Source: Porphyridium purpureum
Lineage: Eukaryota
NCBI GenBank assembly: GCA_008690995.1
Contig: VRMN01000005.1
Location: 496,001-560,000, forward strand
Length of the DNA: 64,000 nucleotides
Direction: 5' to 3'
The first letter of the stretch is position 1, and each line of letters starts with the position of its first letter. Positions 40,754-51,288 of the stretch are shown here, piece after piece. Made by a program: the position numbers and the translations under genes. The notes below the pieces were generated by a model. It was not told where the DNA came from. It saw only the letters and a list, made by a program, of their open reading frames with translations, and searched no databases.

Positions 40754-41926
40754 ATGAATGGGCGAAACGACATCCCGAGAACCAAAGTCGAACCGGCTGT
40801 GGCCGGAAGTGCGGTGAGAGGAGGGGACGCGGCCCCGCATGGACGGGTAGGCACACGGCCGGATATTATGTTTGGACTTGAAGGAATATCTGCAGCGGCC
40901 CATGCGCGCGCTGAGCGCGAGCGACGCAGAAACGAAGTAGCGCACCCGAAAATAGAGCCTCCGGTGTTGACTGGCGTGAGGCATGTTCTCGAGGGACAAA
41001 AGGATATATTACGTACGCAGGAGCAGATGCTTGGCGGGCAAGAAGCTGTGCTGCAGCTCCTCCACTCGTTTACGGATGAATTTCGAAAATCCTCGAACGC
41101 ATCGTCACCGCCTCAACCGGCGCCAGCTGCGGCAAGTCAAGTCTGTTGTCGGCACCACGTCGCGGCACTCGAAGAGCAGCTTTCCTACTATAAAGCGAAG
41201 GCACATGCGTTCGAACAACAGCTGGCTGAACGCGAACGCCAGGTGACCGATCTGAAAGTCCAACTTCAGGATTTAGAGATGCGCACAAACCCTCTCCGAG
41301 AATTGTTCACCAAGCAAAGCATGGGGCGTTCAGACGCGTCTTGCTTTGACGCAAATGGTTCAAGCGCGTCAATGCGGCCTTTAGAACATGTGCTTTGGGC
41401 TTCCATGTCACCCAAAGCGGTGCCGCTCGACATCCCGCCGCAGCAGGTCGGTCAAAAGCAAAAGCGCGCAAAGAATGAGGTGCTTCGCGAGCGCCTTGAA
41501 ATGAGCATGGCTCAGCGTGCGGCACACAGCGTCCCGCAGCAGACAGACGCTGCAAAAACTGAGCACGGGGTTGCTGACGTGAGCCCGACAAGAAAGAAGG
41601 CAAGGACCAGCGAGACCAGAGATTCGCCGTCCAACGATTCCAAATCATCAGCAGCTACCGCGAAAGCCGCTCCCGCTCACTCGCCGACATCTGACAGGGA
41701 ATGCGCGCCTCATGCCTCGCTCGCCGAGAGTATGCCGTCCTCACGACCGGAACAGTCGTCGCCCATAGAACAAGAGCGACCCGTTCAACCCAGCGTTGTT
41801 GCCAGTTCCAGGAACCATGCAGATGCCGCTGACGCGCACGGTGGAGAGCGAATCATCTTTACGCGAAATCCGCTAACAAACGAACTTGAACTCGCTGTTG
41901 AATCTGGGCCCATCGCTCTCGACTAA
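40754..41926 (+). CDS. Hypothetical coiled-coil protein
   Basis: 390 aa, central heptad segment, SPTRKKAR NLS-like motif. Confidence 0.65.
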   Translation: MNGRNDIPRTKVEPAVAGSAVRGGDAAPHGRVGTRPDIMFGLEGISAAAHARAERERRRNEVAHPKIEPPVLTGVRHVLEGQKDILRTQEQMLGGQEAVLQLLHSFTDEFRKSSNASSPPQPAPAAASQVCCRHHVAALEEQLSYYKAKAHAFEQQLAERERQVTDLKVQLQDLEMRTNPLRELFTKQSMGRSDASCFDANGSSASMRPLEHVLWASMSPKAVPLDIPPQQVGQKQKRAKNEVLRERLEMSMAQRAAHSVPQQTDAAKTEHGVADVSPTRKKARTSETRDSPSNDSKSSAATAKAAPAHSPTSDRECAPHASLAESMPSSRPEQSSPIEQERPVQPSVVASSRNHADAADAHGGERIIFTRNPLTNELELAVESGPIALD

Positions 41927-42144
41927 AGCACGCTCTAATCCAGCTCCAAGAAAGTGCGCAGCCCGCGTCTCGTTGATGTCATGAATCGAGCTCCCCGAAA
42001 CTATGTCAAATTGGCCTTGCTGGTTGCAGTTCCTGGTCGGAGGCATCTGCCATGATGCGCATTGCTTTCCCCTGTCCGTCCTGGGACTCTGTCCAGCTCC
42101 AAAGGTTTCTGCTTTCTTCCGTGGTGCCACCCGCTAATGCACTG

Positions 42145-42168
42145 TAACCGTTAGACCGTTAGACCGAT
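42145..42168. promoter_or_regulatory. Tandem MSA/MYB-like elements
   Basis: TAACCGTTAGACCGTTAGACCGAT; the first unit matches the reverse complement of YCYAACGGYYA. Confidence 0.45.
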
Positions 42169-42196
42169 GTGAATATGAACTGAAAAAGTGTGAGGG

Positions 42197-45100
42197 ATGA
42201 ATTTGGGGGAATCGGGAGCGGGAAGGGGAAAGGGCGCAGCACATAGACGGGCGACGCGGAAGAAGATGCGAGGGGCAGGCGGCGGGCAAAGCAATAGCGC
42301 GGGCGACAAGCAGCCGCCTCGCGGTGCGCCTGCTGCTTCGGCGGAGTTGGTTGCGGCTCCGACAATTCAAGGCGCCAGTGCCCACGCGCCACCGGCCGTA
42401 GGTACTTCTTCGAACAACGCTGTCGGTACTCTCGTCTCTGCGTCGGCTTCGAGCAGCGCGGCACAAATGACTTCATTGCAAGGGGAGCCGCAAGCATACG
42501 CGGAGACATCAGTGCCTCTGCCGACGCAAACCAACGCACAAGGCTACGCGCAAGCCTCATCCCCGCACTCAAGAGTGGCGAAGAAGCAGCTGCCGTACGT
42601 GCATGAGCTGAAGGGAAAGTTTGGAATGGACGGAGCGGAAAAGAACCAACAGCAGCATGCGGTCGCTGAGATACCAGTCTCTGCAAAAGAGAAGCCCACC
42701 CTCAAGGTCAAAGATCGGATGTCGCTACGTAAGAGCGCCATGAAGGAAAAAGCTGTGCGCTCAGATTCATACGAGCCTCGTAGCGTGGGTGCTCTCACCT
42801 TGTCGTCTAAATCTGCATCCGGTGCGGCGCGCGCGCGCGATGATTTGCTAGTGAAGGAGCGATCCGAATCATTGCTGGATGACGATTCCGACACGCAGCG
42901 GATAGTCCGCCACCAACACTCGCAAGATACGTCCCCGCGCGCCCACGGCGCATTCAGTCGAACCGAGTCTGGGCGGCGGTCGGACAGACCTGTCAAGCTG
43001 AAGCAATTCCGGAGACCCCAATTTGATAAGGCCGTGGAGAGCTCGGAATCGGCCGCGCAAGAAAAGGACTCGGAAGGTGTTGGCACTCGATCGCAGGAGG
43101 TTTTCAAACAACTCAAGGGCAGCTTGAAAAAAACGGAAAAGGTACAGGCTCTGGCTGCAGATGGAACAGTAACAGATGCGAGCGGTGCCGGTTTCTCGGA
43201 AAGCACAAAGGAAAAGGTGCGTGGGTTTGCACATCTTAATAGAAAGACGAATGTCATCGACCAAGCAGAGAATGAAAGCTCAGAGACTGGCCCTGTAATC
43301 CAGCCACCGCCATCACCGCAGCAATCTGTGGTGCAGGTTGCGTCCGACCGCAAAAAGATGTTGAAGCCATTCATACGAAGTTCAGGTACCGCTGAGCAAG
43401 GCGTAGCGCCACTCACCCTGGAAGGCTCAGCTTCTGCGAAGGGCCGTTCGAATCCAGGCTCGGACACGGATGCTAATTTTGCGTCGTCAGCCGCGGGGGC
43501 CCCAAGCGAGAAACGTAAAATGCTGAAGCAGTTTAGGCGGCCGTCCCCAACCGCGAGCGAAATTAGCGCAGCTGCCAGCGCAGCTGCTTCTATGTTGCAG
43601 CAAGAGAAGGAACACGATGACGCAATCTACAGCTCAGGAGACACTTTTCAACAGAGTGGTGGCACAGAGACAGTAGCGTTCACAGTAACAGTACCAGCAG
43701 GGTCACCAGGAGCGTCTGCGGCATCGTCAGCAGCGGCGTCAGGAGCAGCTTCAACACCAGCGTCAACAGGAGCACCTAGTGCAACATCGGCAGGCCCAGA
43801 GAAACAGCGTAAGGGTTTGAAAAAGTTCATGCCATCCTCATCAACAAGTGCTGACGATGGTGCGACGGTAAGCATTGCGCAGCGATTCGCCAACGACTAT
43901 CTCACGGACCGTGTTTTGTCAAAGTCTGGACCTGGAGACACGTCCAAAGCCAAAACTGGGACCGGCGCTCTACCAAGAACGGAATCAGGAGCAGCGTCTG
44001 GGACAGCTGAAAGCAGTGGTCGCTCTGATCAGGAGCCGCATGTTGTAAGTAGTCAGGTTTTGACATCTGGTCAAACAAACTCATGCGCTCCAACCGAGCG
44101 TGAAGGCGTTGTGGTAGAAAATGCCGACAGTGAAGTGGACGAGAGAGCGTTCAAAACGTTCGTCATGTATACACAAGACGTGACATGGGACTTGGTCTGC
44201 AGTGTGTCACCGGTTGACCAGGGGCAAAACACTGAAAGGACGTCCGATCCCACTTCAATGACACCCGCAGTCTTGCAAAGCGAGGTAGAGCACGGAAGTT
44301 CAGGCAGCGCCTTTCTTGCAGCGGCGGCTCTCGCCAATGTGTTTGAATCACGCACAGTGGAAGACTGCATACCAGCATCCCGTATTGCTTCGGCCGCGCT
44401 AGCCGCCCTGTTTGATCGACGGATGCGAGGGTTTTGTGGAAAGGCAGATTCCGCAGCGTACTTTTTGTACGAACAAACGACGCTTTACGCGCATGACCTT
44501 TTGTTCCAGTGCCAAGAACTCGCTCTACGCTCAATGGAAAGTGCCGCCTTCACTCATCCAAAGCATTCACTTACTGCGCCGAGCAACCCAGTCGGATCGG
44601 AGTGCCCACCAATATCGCGCTTTCGAATCGTCCCTTCGCTGCGAGCCTCGGACATCGTATTCAGTAAGGAACTTGACTTTCGAGTCAGAGGCAGCTTAAT
44701 TTGTAACAGTGGGCTCTACTTGGTCTGCAACCAACCCAGCGCCTTTCAAACGCTTTGGGAAAACGGCTCGATTCGTGTATACTGGTACCGCGATGAATGT
44801 CAGAGGAATGATGAATCAAAGCCAGGAAGCACCGGAACCCCGGCAGTATCTTCGTCAAGACTGTTTCGCGGTGATCGCCTTGAGCTGTACACGTCCGCGG
44901 ATGACATCGGGTACCGTTTGCTTGTGTCCATCAAAGGTGCGGGCGTAGATCGAAGCCTCAAGCTCGGGCCGGTCCTGGGCACACCGAGCTTCGAATTCGA
45001 GTTGCGACAAATGGAGGAGGACCCACGGAAGGCGTTTTTCTTGCTTATTGACCGACAGGACGGTCATCGAGTAACGCTACTGATTCGGGATAGTGTGATT

Positions 45101-45460
45101 GCTATTCACAAGTGCTCCTTGTGCATGCGTGGACTCAGCGATCACGCCATGTCCCGCCCTTGCGAGTGGGTTTTGCTGCTGGAGATTCCGTTCGCGTGGA
45201 ATCCTGTCCCTCGCGCAGCGGTTGCGCATAATCTAACTTTTTCAATCAGCTTGGTTTCCAAGGATGGGACCGTACCAAGCGGTAGCATACTCACAGATGG
45301 CCGCGGACCACGCGAGCATGCTCGAAAAGTGCTCTCACAGACCGGGAAATTGTGGTACCGAGCGGCGTCCACGCATATGCGGGACCTGGCTGTGCTGGCA
45401 ATCCGCAAGTTTGATGCCGTCGCGAAGAATAGACCTATGAATAGCTGCGTGCTTCAGTAA
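42197..45460 (+). CDS. Large protein: low-complexity N-terminus with WH2-like motif, C-terminal Ig-like + PH-like region
   Basis: EVFKQLKGSLKKTE; IRVYWYR...YTSADDIGYRLLVSI; C-terminal RDLAVLAIRKF. Confidence 0.7.
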   Translation: MNLGESGAGRGKGAAHRRATRKKMRGAGGGQSNSAGDKQPPRGAPAASAELVAAPTIQGASAHAPPAVGTSSNNAVGTLVSASASSSAAQMTSLQGEPQAYAETSVPLPTQTNAQGYAQASSPHSRVAKKQLPYVHELKGKFGMDGAEKNQQQHAVAEIPVSAKEKPTLKVKDRMSLRKSAMKEKAVRSDSYEPRSVGALTLSSKSASGAARARDDLLVKERSESLLDDDSDTQRIVRHQHSQDTSPRAHGAFSRTESGRRSDRPVKLKQFRRPQFDKAVESSESAAQEKDSEGVGTRSQEVFKQLKGSLKKTEKVQALAADGTVTDASGAGFSESTKEKVRGFAHLNRKTNVIDQAENESSETGPVIQPPPSPQQSVVQVASDRKKMLKPFIRSSGTAEQGVAPLTLEGSASAKGRSNPGSDTDANFASSAAGAPSEKRKMLKQFRRPSPTASEISAAASAAASMLQQEKEHDDAIYSSGDTFQQSGGTETVAFTVTVPAGSPGASAASSAAASGAASTPASTGAPSATSAGPEKQRKGLKKFMPSSSTSADDGATVSIAQRFANDYLTDRVLSKSGPGDTSKAKTGTGALPRTESGAASGTAESSGRSDQEPHVVSSQVLTSGQTNSCAPTEREGVVVENADSEVDERAFKTFVMYTQDVTWDLVCSVSPVDQGQNTERTSDPTSMTPAVLQSEVEHGSSGSAFLAAAALANVFESRTVEDCIPASRIASAALAALFDRRMRGFCGKADSAAYFLYEQTTLYAHDLLFQCQELALRSMESAAFTHPKHSLTAPSNPVGSECPPISRFRIVPSLRASDIVFSKELDFRVRGSLICNSGLYLVCNQPSAFQTLWENGSIRVYWYRDECQRNDESKPGSTGTPAVSSSRLFRGDRLELYTSADDIGYRLLVSIKGAGVDRSLKLGPVLGTPSFEFELRQMEEDPRKAFFLLIDRQDGHRVTLLIRDSVIAIHKCSLCMRGLSDHAMSRPCEWVLLLEIPFAWNPVPRAAVAHNLTFSISLVSKDGTVPSGSILTDGRGPREHARKVLSQTGKLWYRAASTHMRDLAVLAIRKFDAVAKNRPMNSCVLQ

Positions 45461-45524
45461 TTTATACACGTGAAGTTTGATGAGCCTATAAACAAGATGC
45501 TGCTAGACGAAGAGATGAGCCCAT

Positions 45525-46577
45525 TCAATGCACGTTCAGAAAACCATGCACGCCTCGAGCTACGAGCTCCCAGCGCTTTGAAAGCATGACGTCATGCGGT
45601 AGACTGGCATCGAACATGACCGGTTCAACACCAAAGTAAGCTGCCGTCTCCACCACGCCCATTTCATCCACAATCTGGTCACCCACTGCTCCGATGACGA
45701 GTGCCGGCACGCGCGCACGTTCCATCCAGAGAGCACGCTTTGTGTCTGGACACACCTTTAGTGAGGGAAGGCGCGCGTTGAGATCGCGCACATCCAAGGA
45801 GCACTCGCTGTCCGCCTTGAAGCGTGTCATATAAGCCTCAATTGCTGAGAGGTCATCATCCTCTGCGAAAAAGAGCGAGCGGCAGGTGTCAATATCGCGT
45901 GCGGCCCGCTTGAACAAAATGCCGAGCGTGATCTGGACGACGATGCCAATACCACGATTGCGGAAAAATCTCATGATCATTTGACCGTTTCCCGACGGCG
46001 GGACGCTGCACAACGTAACGCACGCGCGAGCAGTCACGCGCTCTGACTCCATAAGTTTCATCACGTACAGACCGCCAAAGGAGTGACCGATCAAAACGGC
46101 TGGCTGCTTGACGACACTTTCGAGAAAGCACACACCGTCACGGACGTGCTCATCGACTTTCACGGAGCGCGGTGGTGGCTCGGAAGGATGAGTAGGCTGC
46201 GACTCTGACGTGCCGCGCAGCGAAATCGCGTAACAGGGGTACCCGCGGGAGGCGAAAAAGGGCATGAAGAACGTTGCCCAGCACCAGCCGGCGTGAAACG
46301 TGCCATGTATAAAGACAATTGGCGCTCGCTTTTCTTGCTGCGTGCCCTCCCTTTCAGCAGCCGGTTCGGCGTAGTAGTAAGTCATGGTGAGCCCCGTGTC
46401 CAGACGAGCCGTGCGCACGTCAATCCGATCTGGCACGAGCGTCATCGCCGCGCGGATAAGCATCGTCCGACGCGTCGACCGCGCGTGCAGTCCTCTCCAC
46501 TGCGTGCGGGCGCGCGCGACGCATCCTGATGACAACGAGCTGTGCGGATCGCCAGCGAACGGACACGCAAACGCCAT
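45525..46577 (-). CDS. Alpha/beta hydrolase, plastid-targeted
   Basis: VFIHGTFHAGWCW, GHSFGG nucleophile, GDQIV, PHDVML; MAFAC... transit peptide. Confidence 0.9.
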   Translation of the reverse strand: MAFACPFAGDPHSSLSSGCVARARTQWRGLHARSTRRTMLIRAAMTLVPDRIDVRTARLDTGLTMTYYYAEPAAEREGTQQEKRAPIVFIHGTFHAGWCWATFFMPFFASRGYPCYAISLRGTSESQPTHPSEPPPRSVKVDEHVRDGVCFLESVVKQPAVLIGHSFGGLYVMKLMESERVTARACVTLCSVPPSGNGQMIMRFFRNRGIGIVVQITLGILFKRAARDIDTCRSLFFAEDDDLSAIEAYMTRFKADSECSLDVRDLNARLPSLKVCPDTKRALWMERARVPALVIGAVGDQIVDEMGVVETAAYFGVEPVMFDASLPHDVMLSKRWELVARGVHGFLNVH

Positions 46578-47161
46578 CACGCCTTGTACCACGCATTCCA
46601 CATCCGGAACCGCCACTCAATCGTGGCCCGCCCTGTCCAACCGGTTTCTCGGCTCGACCTGAGTCGCGGTGGTCGCAAACTGATAAGCCGTTAACCCGTT
46701 CAGCCGTTTGTGTTTGGAGTGTGAACAGAATAGTATGTACAGTGGGAGCTGTACCGCCACATAATCGTTTGCGGTTGGCAGGCACCCGACCAAAAAGCAC
46801 AAAGCCGGGTGGAAGGAGGGAAGGAAACGCTCACGCAGGGTCAGCAGCAGCTGCAGCAACCGACCAAGACGCAGACGCACAACTGGGGAGCACAGCGACA
46901 GCCAGAAGCTCTTCCACAACCGGAACCGTGCACACAACCCAAAGCAGCAATTCGTGCGGGTGCGGTTGATGGTGGTGGTGGTGGTGGTGTGCTCATGAAG
47001 CGCTTATAAACGCTGAAGTTTCGTGCAGGCTGGGGAAAGCCAAGGAGGAGGGGCCGCTGAGGGATTTGTGGAACAGATGTACTGCGATATCGAGGGCCGG
47101 AAGACGTCCAGAGAGAGACAGAGACAGAGAATTGAGGAAGACTGACAAGATCTCACTGGAT

Positions 47162-47767
47162 ATGGCATTTGTACCGGGTTGCGGCGGCGACGCGCGAGCG
47201 CTCGGCATTGGGTATCATGCGCGAGAGTCATGCGCGGTGAGAAGAGTGGAAGTTGTGGTTCGGAATGGTCGCGCGCGCGCGCCGGGCCCGATGAACTTGG
47301 TGGTGGGCTTTGACACGACTCAGGAAGAAGCGATGAACCGGTTGCAGATGTCGTTGCCGGAATTTGATGAGGAGACCATTGAGAAGGCGCTTGCGGAGGC
47401 CGGCGGAAACGACGAAGTAGCGCTGTCCAAGCTGGTGGCAAAGTGCTCCGCCGTGGCAGAACGCGAACAAGCGATTGCCAAGTTCAAAGAGCGCGGCCGC
47501 ATCAGCGCCGTGGAGGAAGCGATGCTGCGCCGACGCGTGATTGGCAGCGCGAAGGATTTCTTCAAGACGCAGATCGAAGTGCAAGGCTCGTACGTCGACG
47601 CCGGGTATGTGTCTGACGACCCTGACCCGGTCGGCGAATTTATGGGCAAGGTCGGCAAGTTCCTAGGATTCGGCCGAGCCAACAATGCGCAGAAAAGTCA
47701 ACCTGATGAAACCCCCAAGGCCAAGCCCTTTGTGCCTCGCATCTCCGAGTACGTCTCCGATAAATGA
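47162..47767 (+). CDS. Plastid-targeted protein with a UBA/CUE-like segment
   Basis: MAFVPG... start; LQMSLPEFDEETIEKALAEAGGNDEVALSKL. Confidence 0.65.
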   Translation: MAFVPGCGGDARALGIGYHARESCAVRRVEVVVRNGRARAPGPMNLVVGFDTTQEEAMNRLQMSLPEFDEETIEKALAEAGGNDEVALSKLVAKCSAVAEREQAIAKFKERGRISAVEEAMLRRRVIGSAKDFFKTQIEVQGSYVDAGYVSDDPDPVGEFMGKVGKFLGFGRANNAQKSQPDETPKAKPFVPRISEYVSDK

Positions 47768-48053
47768 AACACACACCGTCTTCCCCAAACCCTGAAACTA
47801 ACCCAGCTACTGAACACCAACAACCCTCAATCTAACTCAATGTACACTTGCAGTGTACAGTTTGACGACGGCGGGAGAAGACGTTCTTACAAAATGACTC
47901 GCGTTTAGATAGGAAATGGGTCTTACATGAAAATAAGGCGATTGGAGTAGAAGAGCTGAGGAAGGGAAAGTAGTTTGGGCGTGGCGGCGGGGAAGGAAGA
48001 AGCAGGGGAGAAGGTGGACGGGGAGGAGTAGGGAGGAAGGAGAGTCAGGCAGA

Positions 48054-48665
48054 ATGGGCGCGTACAAGTACCTTGAGGAGCTATGGCGCAAGAAGCAGAG
48101 CGATGTGATGCGCTTCTTGCTGCGCGTCCGCGCGTGGGAGTACCGGCAGCTGCCGGCAGTGCACCGCTGCAAGCCGACGCGCCCGGACAAGGCGCGCACG
48201 CTCGGGTACAAGGCAAAGCAGGGGTACGTCGTGTACCGCGTGCGCGTGCGCCGCGGAGGACGCAAGCGACCGGTTTCGAAGGGTATTCAGTACGGAAAGC
48301 CAAAGCACCAGGGTATCATGCAGCTCAAGTTTGCGAGGAACAAGCGGTCCGTCGCCGAAGAGCGTGCCGGCCGAAGGTGCGGAAACTTGCGCGTGCTCAA
48401 TTCTTACTGGGTGAATGAAGACTCGGTGTACAAATATTACGAGGTGATCATGGTGGATCCGTCGCACAAGGCCATCAGGCGCGATCCGCGCATCAATTGG
48501 ATCGCCAAGCCGGTCATGAAGCATCGCGAGCGCCGCGGGCTCACGTCGGCGGGTAGAAAGGGACGAGGATTACATAAGAAGGGACACGGCGTCAGGAAGA
48601 ACCGCCCGTCGATCCGCGGTGTTTGGAAGAAGCACAACACGTTGTCTCTGCGCCGCTACCGTTAA
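48054..48665 (+). CDS. RPL15: 60S ribosomal protein L15 (eL15)
   Basis: [26 protein letters not shown]...LRVLNSYW...LRRYR. Confidence 0.99.
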   Translation: MGAYKYLEELWRKKQSDVMRFLLRVRAWEYRQLPAVHRCKPTRPDKARTLGYKAKQGYVVYRVRVRRGGRKRPVSKGIQYGKPKHQGIMQLKFARNKRSVAEERAGRRCGNLRVLNSYWVNEDSVYKYYEVIMVDPSHKAIRRDPRINWIAKPVMKHRERRGLTSAGRKGRGLHKKGHGVRKNRPSIRGVWKKHNTLSLRRYR

Positions 48666-48858
48666 GTCAAACCAAACAGGGTTTCGACGCATCGACATCG
48701 TCTTCATTTACAAAAGAAAAGATTTTTCAGAAAGCGCTCACATTCCTTTTTTTTTCTTTCCACGAGGTAGGATGGATTTCTGCAGCATCACGCGCTCTGT
48801 TCGATCTCACCGGGTCACGCACGAGGCCATGCTCTTCCACGAAAACTAGCGACACTCG

Positions 48859-50502
48859 CTAAATGAGCGTCTCCGCAAGTTGCTTTTCAGATTGAACTTC
48901 GCGCAGCACGTCTGTCAAGAGATTCGCAAACTGCGGCTTATTCCCAAGGGCGAGCTTGAACTGATCATAGTTGATTGTCGGACTTTCACCGTTTTCGCCG
49001 CCCTGAATGTCGCACACCTGCAACGCAAAGTCAAACACTGCGTTGGCCTTGTTCTGGCCTTCTTCGACATCAACGCCAGCGCGTGCAAGCACCATGCTGA
49101 ACATGCTCACAAAATTCTCCCTTGTCAGTCGCCCCGAACCAGTCACGTCGAGAAACTTGAATCCCTGCTCGATGTGCTGCTCGTTCATGTCGGGGCTGGT
49201 CACCAGCATCATGGCGATGATGTATTCGCGAAAATGGAAGGCACCAGTACGATTCACATCATACATCGCGAACAACCTCCGAACACGATCCGTAATGGGC
49301 AGACCCAGAAACTGGCTAAATTCTTCCAGGCTGATCGACCCATCTGCATTCTTGTCCATGGCCGCAAAATCAGCCATCAATTTCTTCAGTGAGTTCAGGT
49401 CCACATTCAGTTTCTGCTTCAGCTGCCAGAATTCCACCATGCCACTTTCAGCTGGCAAACCCAACCTCATTGCCGACTTCATCATCAACATGTCATCAAC
49501 CGAGTACTTCGACTTGGGGATTTCAAGCGCGTTTGCCATTGCGGTTCGCACCCGCTCCGCAAACAGAGCGGGCGCTTGCAATTCAGCGGCAGAGGGTGTG
49601 ACGGGCTCGAGGAATTCAACCTCGACTTCGCAACGCCATGCACTTAGCTGGCCCAGAAGCAGCATGTAGATGGACGGAGCGTCGTCAACCCATGCAAAAT
49701 CGACGTCCTGGAAAAGATATCGCAGAAGGACCGGTTGCACCGGCATTCCAGCGGCAAAGGCACCATGCTTGAACTCTAGAAGGCATTTTCGATTGGAGGT
49801 GGTTCCCTCTGGAAACATGATCAGATGCGGAAGCGTCGCGCCTGGTGAGCCCGCTGCTCGAGCGCGCCTGATGATTTCATCCAGGGCTGCACGTTTGGAG
49901 CTACCTGCCTCTCGCTCGACAAGAATGCACTGCAAAGCGCGCAATCCTGTGCCTACTAATGGATACTTTGTGTTAGACGCAGCCGATACAAAGCTGCCGA
50001 AGCATGTGTAAAGCACAACAAAGATATCAATCGGCGTCGAGTGGGGAGCGCACACCAGGATGGGTGCGCACGTCGGGTGGGCAAGCGTGCCCTTTGTCGT
50101 GAACTTTGTCACGCCCAGCGTGAATAAGAAGCCGCGCACCATGCGCCTCGCAACGTCAAGCAAGGATGCGCGCCAGCCAGTGAACGGTGATTTCGCCGGC
50201 TTCATGCGCAACTTGTTTGCTCCGTCGCCATCATCCTTCTTGTCCGACGAGTTTCGTGCACGCGTCTCGATGTCATTTCGCGGCACACCGAGCAAGGCGA
50301 CTTGCAATATTCCCTCAAAGACACACATCATGCTCAACATCCCCACGATGCGGAGCGGCATCAGCAACACAGCTCCCGCGCCAATGCGCAGCTTGGACAA
50401 TGTCGTCCATCTCGACGCACAGTCGTTGACAAAGGGGTTGATGGCATCCGGCTGCGCCTGAAGCTCTTCACGTTCCACGATGCTGCCAATATCAGCCTCC
50501 AT
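48859..50502 (-). CDS. Lysophospholipid acyltransferase (LPCAT1/2-LPEAT type) with EF-hands
   Basis: PHSTPID (HX4D), FPEGTT, GAF, VQPV; EF loops DKNADGSISLEE, DVNRTGAFHFRE, DVTGSGRLTREN. Confidence 0.9.
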   Translation of the reverse strand: MEADIGSIVEREELQAQPDAINPFVNDCASRWTTLSKLRIGAGAVLLMPLRIVGMLSMMCVFEGILQVALLGVPRNDIETRARNSSDKKDDGDGANKLRMKPAKSPFTGWRASLLDVARRMVRGFLFTLGVTKFTTKGTLAHPTCAPILVCAPHSTPIDIFVVLYTCFGSFVSAASNTKYPLVGTGLRALQCILVEREAGSSKRAALDEIIRRARAAGSPGATLPHLIMFPEGTTSNRKCLLEFKHGAFAAGMPVQPVLLRYLFQDVDFAWVDDAPSIYMLLLGQLSAWRCEVEVEFLEPVTPSAAELQAPALFAERVRTAMANALEIPKSKYSVDDMLMMKSAMRLGLPAESGMVEFWQLKQKLNVDLNSLKKLMADFAAMDKNADGSISLEEFSQFLGLPITDRVRRLFAMYDVNRTGAFHFREYIIAMMLVTSPDMNEQHIEQGFKFLDVTGSGRLTRENFVSMFSMVLARAGVDVEEGQNKANAVFDFALQVCDIQGGENGESPTINYDQFKLALGNKPQFANLLTDVLREVQSEKQLAETLI

Positions 50503-51288
50503 CGCGACGTTTGTCGTCACCGCGCAAACATACTTTCTCGCATCTCGACTGAGGCCGAGGCTCTCGCGCGGACGAAAGGAGGAGCTCTGGATAGCACAAG
50601 ACGAGATATTGAGGTTTGAAACGACGAAATGCTGGCGCGTTCCACGTGCAACTGGTTGACTTGCCCGATCCCGTTCGCGTCATATGCCTCTGGCGTGGCG
50701 TACTCGCTGGTTAGTACGATCGTCTTTGGTCAGTGGACGAGTTTTGTCGCCATGTGTTCCGGTGGAGGTCTGGAAACGGCGCGGAAGCGAGGTGATAAAT
50801 GGAAGAAAGAAAAGAAATTTTTTCTATTTTTCTTTTTCTTCTTCAAAGAAAGGAGAAGAATTATTTTTTCTGCTTTGCCCGTACATGCTCTTCCTCATGC
50901 TGGCCGGTTCTATCATTCAACCGAAAGCCCAGATTCGCTTAAACCAGCCCGAATCGGCGGTCGCGTCAGGTGTGAAACAAGCGTTTCTCGTTGGAACAAG
51001 TTCGGAAAGCACGCTACACAGAGGTACGCATACCGTTATCCACGTTCCAGGATCGACGACCAAGAGCGGGCTATTCCGAGCGTTGTTCCTCACAAAGAAA
51101 ACGCTGAGGCCCACTGCGACTGCATACTAGCCATCCAGATTGTCGGTCAGACTTGACGGTACCCGTAGCCCGCAAGTCGACGCTTGCATGCGCCACCTGA
51201 CCGGTAGTGCAACGCATACTCAGTCGTTTGTGAGCACAGACGACAATGATGTGCATAAGTTTCAGCGCTAACCAATGAGAATAGGTCA

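Noticed and set aside
43446..43456. GTTCGAATCC T-loop-like motif (also near 57615)
   Set aside because: Inside CDSs, with no cloverleaf or A-box; not tRNAs
50764..50786. AGGTCTGGAAACGGCGCGG resembling SRP RNA helix 8
   Set aside because: Lacks the conserved AGCAG strand and no Alu or helix-6 context was seen
50629..51156. 175-aa and 148-aa ORFs in the LPCAT/METTL18 gap
   Set aside because: Run through low-complexity A/T tracts; no protein-like features
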